Shown: positions 26,040 through 32,000 of the stretch, one piece after another
How positions within the stretch are numbered: position 1 is the stretch's first letter
Layout of the letters: each line of letters starts with the position of its first letter
Assembly (NCBI GenBank): GCA_021294815.2
Contig: CP095464.1
Span: 750,001-782,000 of the forward strand
Direction: 5' to 3'
Origin: Verrucomicrobiota bacterium
Lineage (GTDB): Bacteria; Verrucomicrobiota; Verrucomicrobiia; Opitutales; LL51
Length of the DNA stretch: 32,000 nucleotides
Notes under the pieces: generated by a model
What the model was told of the DNA's origin: nothing
Databases searched by the model: none
Seen by the model: only the letters and a program-made list of their open reading frames with translations
Made by a program: the position numbers and the translations under genes

Positions 26040-27135
26040 GACGCTATGTTTGGCTTACCAAAAGCAGCATAACGATAGTCAGGCGATTGTCGTTCGTTCC
26101 CACATCTCGCTAGTACGAAATTTCGAGGCCTATCGTTTCCCTCAAAAGGCGAGCCAGCCGGAGCGGGAAAGTGTGGCGACATTTGTTACGTCGAAGCTTC
26201 GAAATAGTCGATTTTTCGATGTATACTTAGATCGGTCGACGTTATCTCCTATCGAAGTAGAGGCACTACAGGATCTTGATTTATTGGGCCCTGTGATTTC
26301 TTCTGAAAAATCATCCCGACACCGAAAAGCCACACGCTCATCGGAACAAGTTTTACAAAAGGGATATGGCATTTTTTGTAGCACTCGGCAGCGATGTTCA
26401 GTCGCGATAAATGAGGAAAATCATGTTTGTATCCGGACCTCCATGGGTGGCCTACAGCTTGAAAATAATTGGGAGCATTGTACGACACTCGATGATATGC
26501 TTGACGATGGGAGTTACGTATTCTCGGAACAGTGGGGCTATTTAACTGCTAATCCCAATGATGTAGGCACGGGAATGCGGGCTTCGGTATTTGTACATCT
26601 CCCGGGACTTGCGATGATGGAACAAATCGACCATCTCGCTGTGGCGCTCCAACAGATTGGTATTACGCTCCAAAGGACCGGAAGCGCAGAAACGTCCGCT
26701 CCTGCGCTTTTTGTTATTTCGAATGCTGCAACGCTTGGCATTAAAGAATCCGAGGAATTACGCCGGTTAAAACACGTTGTTGAGACGATCGTCGAACAAG
26801 AGCAAGAAGCGCGCAAGGATTTTCTCACGATACAGGATAACCGTACGCTGGTGTGTGATTGGGTCGGGCGCATGTATGGTGTGCTCTGTTCGAGTTACCA
26901 GATTTCGCAAGAAGAAGCATTAAAATTACTCGCCTGGATGCGGTTCGCTGTCGATTTAGAGATGTTTGACGCGTCCTATCGTTCAGAGATTGATTGGTTT
27001 CTGACGAGTTCTCAGCAAGGGGTTTTAAGTGTCTTAGAAAGTTCTGACTCGTTGAGTGAGGCCGATGACCATGTACGCGCGGAATACCTCAAAAAGGTCT
27101 TTCGCCAATTTCCCGAGCCGAAGTTTTTAGCCTAA
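26026..27135 (+). CDS. mcsB: Protein arginine kinase (ATP:guanido phosphotransferase family)
   Basis: NEENHVCIRT, YLTANPNDVGTGMRASVFVHLPGL and ISNAATLGIKESE match McsB/arginine-kinase catalytic-domain motifs. ATG at 26026 gives a 14-nt overlap with mcsA and is preferred over the 25987 alternative. Confidence 0.85.
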   Translation: MSAVKTLCLAYQKQHNDSQAIVVRSHISLVRNFEAYRFPQKASQPERESVATFVTSKLRNSRFFDVYLDRSTLSPIEVEALQDLDLLGPVISSEKSSRHRKATRSSEQVLQKGYGIFCSTRQRCSVAINEENHVCIRTSMGGLQLENNWEHCTTLDDMLDDGSYVFSEQWGYLTANPNDVGTGMRASVFVHLPGLAMMEQIDHLAVALQQIGITLQRTGSAETSAPALFVISNAATLGIKESEELRRLKHVVETIVEQEQEARKDFLTIQDNRTLVCDWVGRMYGVLCSSYQISQEEALKLLAWMRFAVDLEMFDASYRSEIDWFLTSSQQGVLSVLESSDSLSEADDHVRAEYLKKVFRQFPEPKFLA

Positions 27136-27139
27136 AAGT

Positions 27140-27820
27140 ATGAATGTTGCCGATCGGCAGTTGCTCCAAATACTTCCCTCGTTAGGAACTTACCGTTCGG
27201 TGTTGTGTCTCAATAGCCGGTTGCCATCTCCGGAACTTATTCGAAGTTTTCATCTTCCCATTATTGCGACCGATGGCGCCTCGGTAACGCTGCAAGAAAT
27301 GGGTATTACGCCGTCTGTTGTGATTGGCGACGGTGATAGTCTTGGCACCGCAACACCGAGCCAGGGCAGCATATGGATTCAAAATAGAGACCAAAATTTT
27401 TCGGATTTTGAAAAAGCAATTCAGTTTCTAAGAGCGTATCGGTTATTTCCAGCAGTTGTTTTAGGCATTGGTGGCGGATATATTGATCACGTTTTATACA
27501 ATATCGAACTTCTGTCCCAGATAGTATGTGTGGGATATGATGCCCCCAATCTCTTGCTGGGTCTTACGGGAACGCGTCGACTTTCATTCCCACAAAATAC
27601 AAAAATTTCTTTTTTCGGTGTACCGGAGGCTGTGATTTCTACACACGGTTTGAAGTGGGAGCTGGAATATTATTTATTGCGGTTTCCAACGCACAGTTCT
27701 TGTTTTAACCGTTCTTGTTGCCGTGATTTGGAGTTCAAAGTGCACTCTGGGCGTGCTTTATTGGTAGTTTATTTGGAAAATATCGATGACGCCGGAAGTG
27801 TAGATGCCTCGCTGTTGTAA
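27140..27820 (+). CDS. Thiamine pyrophosphokinase
   Basis: TPK-like pattern: IATDGAS, VIGDGDSL (compare GDFDS), DQNFSDFEKAI, GIGGGYIDHVLYNI, and a C-terminal thiamine-binding-domain-like GLKWEL...SGRALLVV. Confidence 0.65.
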   Translation: MNVADRQLLQILPSLGTYRSVLCLNSRLPSPELIRSFHLPIIATDGASVTLQEMGITPSVVIGDGDSLGTATPSQGSIWIQNRDQNFSDFEKAIQFLRAYRLFPAVVLGIGGGYIDHVLYNIELLSQIVCVGYDAPNLLLGLTGTRRLSFPQNTKISFFGVPEAVISTHGLKWELEYYLLRFPTHSSCFNRSCCRDLEFKVHSGRALLVVYLENIDDAGSVDASLL

Positions 27821-27891
27821 AAACAAATTCAAAAAATAGAGGCTTTGCGAATCGAGTTGTCAATAAGTCGTAATCCGGTAGAAACACAGAC

Positions 27892-28140
27892 ATGAAGGGG
27901 CCGCAATATTCCGCGGAGGTTAGGGCACATAAGCTGGCAGAAATTCTCGTTGCACCGCCAATTTTTGAGGAGTTTCAAGAGAAGTGTTCTCTGGTAGAAG
28001 TGCTCTCCAAGAGTTTTGCCGAGCGCGTATTATGGCTGGAAACACAGTCGAGGGAACAGCTCGAGGACCTCATTGGTGAGTATGAACGCTATACTGCTTT
28101 GAATGTTAGAAAAGGTCCCGGCAAAACGATTCGGAAATAA
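27892..28140 (+). CDS. Hypothetical small helical protein (82 aa)
   Basis: This ORF is the only plausible occupant of the tpk-tRNA gap apart from the tRNA itself. ATG start; no recognisable motif. Confidence 0.35.
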   Translation: MKGPQYSAEVRAHKLAEILVAPPIFEEFQEKCSLVEVLSKSFAERVLWLETQSREQLEDLIGEYERYTALNVRKGPGKTIRK

Positions 28141-28152
28141 CAGACAGCAAAG

Positions 28153-28228
28153 TGGTGCGAGCGAAGGGGTTCGAACCCTCAACATCCACCTTGGCAAGGT
28201 GGCACTCTGCCAATTGAGTTACGCTCGC
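28153..28228 (-). tRNA. tRNA-Gly (anticodon GCC), CCA encoded
   Basis: The reverse complement folds as a cloverleaf. Acceptor GCGAGCG/CGCTCGC, D arm ACTC..GAGT, anticodon stem CCACC/GGTGG with loop TTGCCAA, T arm GAGGG-TTCGAAC-CCCTT, discriminator A plus CCA. 76 nt. Confidence 0.95.
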
Positions 28229-28359
28229 GCTAAACCTTTCGCCGACCATTGAAATCCGCAATAAACCGTCAAGATAAAATTGTAACATGTCGCACGAGCC
28301 GTTCTTTCCTACTTGAAATGCCGCTGCGATTGGTCATTGTTGTGGATGCGGTTTGAACA

Positions 28360-29523
28360 ATGAATATCCACGAATTCCAGGCCAAGGAGCTTTTCGTTGA
28401 GTATAACATTCCGACAACAGAGGGCCTCGTTATTCGTAGCCTTTCAGAGATTCCGATCGCATTAGAGCGTTTCCCCGAAAAAGCAGTGATTAAGGCGCAA
28501 ATTCATGCGGGTGGGCGTGGAAAAGGGACAATTGTTGGAACGAATCTCCCGGGCGTTTATTTGGCGCGTAGTGCCGAGGATACAGCGCGTTATATCCAAC
28601 AAACACTTGGAGGTATTCTGGTAACAAATCAAACGGGGTCTCAGGGGAAGCGGATTCGTGCTCTCTATCTCTGCGATGTCGTTGAAGTTGAGCACGAGTA
28701 CTATTTAAGTGTACAGATTGATCGCAACACCGCGAAGCCCATGATAACGGTTTCGCGTTCTGGTGGCGTTGAAATTGAGGTGAACGCGGGGAATCTTAAT
28801 TCGATTTCTGTCGATCTTGAGTCCAACATTCATACATTTCAAATACGGGCATTAGCGCGGGCGCTTGAACTTGAACGGCGCATGGTTCCCAGCTTTATTG
28901 AACTTGTCTCCAATCTTTGCCGCCTATTCCATGAGAAAGATGCAACTCTAATTGAGATCAACCCGCTCAGTCTTACTTCGGAAGGTGCGCTCATCGCGTT
29001 GGATGCAAAGGTTATTTTGGACGATAATGCACTTTACCGACATCCCGAGTTGGAAGCACTTCGCGATATGGCAGAGGATGATCCGTTGGAAGAGTGTGCT
29101 AGCCGATTTGGCATGAATTATGTCGCGGCGGAAGGGGATATCGCCTGTGTCGTTAACGGTGCTGGACTCGCGATGGCAACAATGGATATGATTACGTTTT
29201 ATGGTGGAAAGGCGGCAAACTTTCTCGACCTCGGAAGTCGTGCTGACCCGATTCAAGTCCGGGAGGCGCTGCGTATTGTCCAGGAAAATCCCAATACTCG
29301 AGGGATTTTTGTTAACATTTTTGGCGGTATTGCACAGTGTGACGTGATCGCTGAGGGAATTTTAGAACAATGCCCTCAGACTATGCCGGTTGTTGTTCGT
29401 CTACAGGGAGCAAGTGCGGAGCGAGGACAACAGCTGTTACGGGAGGGGACGCCGTCAGTTATTTTAGAGAATGATTTAGATCAAGCGGTAAAAACAATTG
29501 TTTCGAAAGTGAAGGAGCGATGA
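28360..29523 (+). CDS. sucC: Succinate--CoA ligase (ADP-forming) beta subunit
   Basis: MNIHEFQAKELF N-terminus, ATP-grasp region, and the INIFGGI-like string (VNIFGGIAQCD). Confidence 0.95.
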   Translation: MNIHEFQAKELFVEYNIPTTEGLVIRSLSEIPIALERFPEKAVIKAQIHAGGRGKGTIVGTNLPGVYLARSAEDTARYIQQTLGGILVTNQTGSQGKRIRALYLCDVVEVEHEYYLSVQIDRNTAKPMITVSRSGGVEIEVNAGNLNSISVDLESNIHTFQIRALARALELERRMVPSFIELVSNLCRLFHEKDATLIEINPLSLTSEGALIALDAKVILDDNALYRHPELEALRDMAEDDPLEECASRFGMNYVAAEGDIACVVNGAGLAMATMDMITFYGGKAANFLDLGSRADPIQVREALRIVQENPNTRGIFVNIFGGIAQCDVIAEGILEQCPQTMPVVVRLQGASAERGQQLLREGTPSVILENDLDQAVKTIVSKVKER

Positions 29524-30404
29524 GCATTTTAATCGATCAGCATTCAAAGATCGTTGTCTGTGGCATTACGGGGCAAATGGGGCGATTTCACACGCAAAAG
29601 TGTCTCGCATATGGAAGTCAGATTATAGCTGGCGTGAACCCTGATAAAGGGGGGACATTTTTAGAGTGTAATGCCACAAAAATTCCCATTTTTTATACCG
29701 TGGAGGAGGCTCGAGAAGCAACGGGAGCCAATGTCGCGCTGATTTTTGTGCCACCCGCTTTTGCGACCGATTCCATTTTTGAGTGTATTGAGGCCGAAAT
29801 TCCCCTGGTGATCGTCATTACAGAGGGTATACCGGTTCACGATATGGTGCGGGTTAAGGCGCGGTTGGCGCGCTCATCGACACGGCTTATCGGACCCAAT
29901 AGCCCCGGGGTCCTATGTCCAGGGAAATGCGACGCCAGTATTATGCCGACACAGGTAGCACTTCCGGGGCGCGTGGGAATTATTTCAAAATCGGGGACGT
30001 TAACCTACGAGGCGATGTGGCAGCTATCACAGCATGGCATTGGGCAGTCGACCTGTGTCGGCATTGGCGGTGATCCAATTACAGGAATGTCGCACAGTGA
30101 TATCGTCAAGTTATTAAGTGAGGATCCCGAAACCGATGCGATTGTGATGATTGGTGAAATCGGCGGACTATCCGAAGTTCAGGCGGCAGAATATGTGTTC
30201 AAACACGGATCGAAACCTCTTGTTGCATTTATCGCGGGTTCGAGCGCACCCAAAGCGAAGCGGATGGGCCATGCAGGTGCTATGATTACTGGAAATTCGG
30301 ATACTGCTGCCGCAAAAATCGCCGCATTACGGGATTACCATATCCCTGTCGCAGAGCTACCAAGCCAGATTGCGCAAACCCTGTTTACGGTCTATCGTCC
30401 TTAG
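29520..30404 (+). CDS. sucD: Succinate--CoA ligase alpha subunit
   Basis: CoA-binding N-terminus (VVCGITGQMG), SKSGTLTYE, and the phosphohistidine loop MGHAGAMI. ATGA overlap with sucC. Confidence 0.95.
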   Translation: MSILIDQHSKIVVCGITGQMGRFHTQKCLAYGSQIIAGVNPDKGGTFLECNATKIPIFYTVEEAREATGANVALIFVPPAFATDSIFECIEAEIPLVIVITEGIPVHDMVRVKARLARSSTRLIGPNSPGVLCPGKCDASIMPTQVALPGRVGIISKSGTLTYEAMWQLSQHGIGQSTCVGIGGDPITGMSHSDIVKLLSEDPETDAIVMIGEIGGLSEVQAAEYVFKHGSKPLVAFIAGSSAPKAKRMGHAGAMITGNSDTAAAKIAALRDYHIPVAELPSQIAQTLFTVYRP

Positions 30405-30972
30405 TTTTTCCCTGTTGGTTTTGAAGAAACCGCTGGTATTTTTTCGCATCCTTAGAGGAGAGGCGATCGATAAAGACGACCCCATCGAGGTGGTCGAATT
30501 CGTGAAACATACACCGAGCTAGGATACCGTCACATTCGATATGGTGTTGGACGCCTTTTTCATCGAAAAACCTCGCAGTAATTGCCTCAGGACGGCTGAC
30601 GTTCGCTGAAAATCCGGAGACTGAGAGGCATCCTTCCTTGCAGGGCGCGCGCCCGTGTGTAGCTTCAATAACAGGGTTGCAAATCCGGAGCGGCAGAATT
30701 GTGCGCACATCATCGATAGCAGTACCATCGAAAACGCAATGAATTGTCTCAAGATTATCACAGGGACGGATGTCGATGAAACAACAGCGAAGCCCGAGCC
30801 CGACCTGTTGCGCCGCGATACCAATACCATCGTGAGACTCCATGAGCGCTTGCATCTGTTCGAAGAGATGCGATAACTCTGGTGTGAAGTTGACAATAGG
30901 TGCTCCAACTTGGCGTAAGATCGGATCCTCGACCGTAAAAACGCGGCCTTCGATGGCGTATTCGTTAGGCAT
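30385..30972 (-). CDS. def: Peptide deformylase
   Basis: All three PDF motifs are present: GIGIAAQQVG, EGCLS and HEFDHLDG. There is a roughly 25-aa basic C-terminal tail. Confidence 0.9.
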   Translation of the reverse strand: MPNEYAIEGRVFTVEDPILRQVGAPIVNFTPELSHLFEQMQALMESHDGIGIAAQQVGLGLRCCFIDIRPCDNLETIHCVFDGTAIDDVRTILPLRICNPVIEATHGRAPCKEGCLSVSGFSANVSRPEAITARFFDEKGVQHHIECDGILARCMFHEFDHLDGVVFIDRLSSKDAKKYQRFLQNQQGKTKDDRP

Positions 30973-31191
30973 GAGCGATGTAAAATTTTGATAGATTAAA
31001 ACCTTGCCGGCTCCTTCTGCAGATCAGGTTCGAGGTACCAACTTGAGAAGTAGCATTGCCGATGCGACATAGCGCTGATTTCATGAGAGAAAATCGATAT
31101 TTCATTGCCTGCACGCTTTGCGAAAGAAATTTTTTGTCAAGTGAAGTTGTTAATTTTTGCGCTTTTACGGCATTTTTCTTGACGACCTGGG

Positions 31192-31998
31192 GTGCTTCAC
31201 CGAAAGTACCGTTTGTTGAAACGTGTCGTGAAATTCATATTTTGGATGGGGGTGCTCATGGCTGTCACGGCCTTTATCTACTGGGGTTATACACGTTATC
31301 CCTATTATCTCCAAGATATCACGCTGGGCTCGGTAGCGCCTAGCTTTGACCATTGGTTTGGTACGGATCCTCTCGGACGCGATTTATTTTCGCGCGTTGT
31401 TTATGCTTGTTGTATTTCTCTGTCGGTGGGATTCGCTGCGACTGCATTAGCAGTTGGATTAGGGGGCGTTTACGGAACCTTGTCAGGTTATTATGGTGGC
31501 TGGCTTGATCAGCTGCTCATGGGGGGCGTGGATGTAATGTATCCCATTCCGCTGACGTTAATCGTGATTCTTCTCATGATCCTTTTTGGCCAAAACGTTG
31601 CAGTGCTCTTTATTGCGATTGGATGTGTCAAGTGGATGACGACCGCACGCATTGTACGTTCCGAGGTTTTAAAGTTGCGTGAGACGGGTTATGTACAGGT
31701 CGCACGGGGCCTTGGGGAAACAACAGCGCAGATCCTACGCTGGCACATCGTGCCGAATTTACGACGGATTTTATTGACCTGCTTTGCGGTGACTTTGCCG
31801 GGGGTTATTTTATTGGAATCATTTTTGAGTTTTATTGGTCTTGGGATTCAGCCGCCTCAGAGTTCGCTGGGAATTTTGATTTCTGAGGGTGCTCGGCATA
31901 TTGGAGTACACCCCTGGGAGGTGCTGTTTCCATCACTGACGATGATTGCAATTATTTTCGCTCTGACGAATTATGGGCAAAGGCTTCAGGTGGAATAA
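31192..31998 (+). CDS. ABC transporter permease, OppC/DppC (peptide/nickel) type
   Basis: N-terminal TM, GTDPLGRDLFSRVVY (the OppC/DppC signature region), and the EAA-like loop YVQVARGLGETTAQILRWHIVPN. GTG at 31192 follows an in-frame TGA at 31180. Confidence 0.85.
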   Translation: MLHRKYRLLKRVVKFIFWMGVLMAVTAFIYWGYTRYPYYLQDITLGSVAPSFDHWFGTDPLGRDLFSRVVYACCISLSVGFAATALAVGLGGVYGTLSGYYGGWLDQLLMGGVDVMYPIPLTLIVILLMILFGQNVAVLFIAIGCVKWMTTARIVRSEVLKLRETGYVQVARGLGETTAQILRWHIVPNLRRILLTCFAVTLPGVILLESFLSFIGLGIQPPQSSLGILISEGARHIGVHPWEVLFPSLTMIAIIFALTNYGQRLQVE

Positions 31999-32000
31999 TA

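Noticed and set aside
28106-28288. A 60-aa minus-strand ORF.
   Set aside because: It is explained by the tRNA-Gly(GCC) gene at 28153..28228 that it spans.
28229-28359. Promoter-like hexamers for tRNA-Gly (TTGACG on the minus strand) and for sucC (TTGAAA-17-ATTGTT).
   Set aside because: The -35 boxes are good but the -10 partners (ATGGTC, ATTGTT) are poor, so they are not reported as features.
31056-31343. A 95-aa ORF starting in the def/permease intergenic region.
   Set aside because: It overlaps the OppC-type permease in another frame for about 150 nt and has an implausible sequence. I also saw no convincing RNA structure or riboswitch-like element in the 219-bp spacer (30973..31191).
1-32000. 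A search for mobile elements, integrases, CRISPR arrays, rRNA, prophage genes or a long non-coding island.
   Set aside because: None was found. Every gap is 220 bp or shorter and all long ORFs are accounted for. I saw no terminal inverted repeats or direct-repeat arrays, although exhaustive repeat detection needs a computational self-alignment that I could not run.

Overview
The window is gene-dense, with about 32 CDS and 1 tRNA, and the largest non-coding gap is about 220 bp. Almost all of it is core housekeeping. All calls rest on motif recognition by eye; no searches or computations were run.

Gene order:
- RND efflux pump (5' partial), lysine-rich ORFan, duplicated ABC permease, AddB-like PD-(D/E)XK protein, RelE/ParE-like toxin.
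- Glucosaminidase-domain protein, EamA transporter, trxA, metG, dapA, lgt, leuS, hpf.
- Opp/Dpp-type ABC ATPase, rsmI, cdsA, uppS, yidD, ffh, TrmH-family methyltransferase.
- Chaperone-like protein plus type III secretion secretin (sctC), fabG, mcsA, mcsB, thiamine pyrophosphokinase, small hypothetical, tRNA-Gly(GCC).
- sucC, sucD, def, Opp/Dpp-type permease.

Three features suggest a PVC-group, chlamydia-like bacterium: the long secretin (893 aa) with a big N-terminal extension, its separation from other injectisome genes, and the mcsA/mcsB pair two genes downstream. GC looks mid-40s percent by eye. This placement is an inference.

I found no rRNA, CRISPR array, IS or transposase, integrase or prophage genes, and no convincing novel multi-gene system. 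The best leads are:
1. The stand-alone chaperone-like/sctC module and its unusual basic low-complexity extension.
2. The divergent pair of a partner-less, P-loop-less AddB-like nuclease (carrying an in-frame A10 tract) and a solo RelE/ParE-like toxin with no antitoxin ORF.
3. A lower-GC lysine-rich ORFan with an AT-rich upstream region.
4. A CdsA whose most conserved signature motif is altered at two positions.
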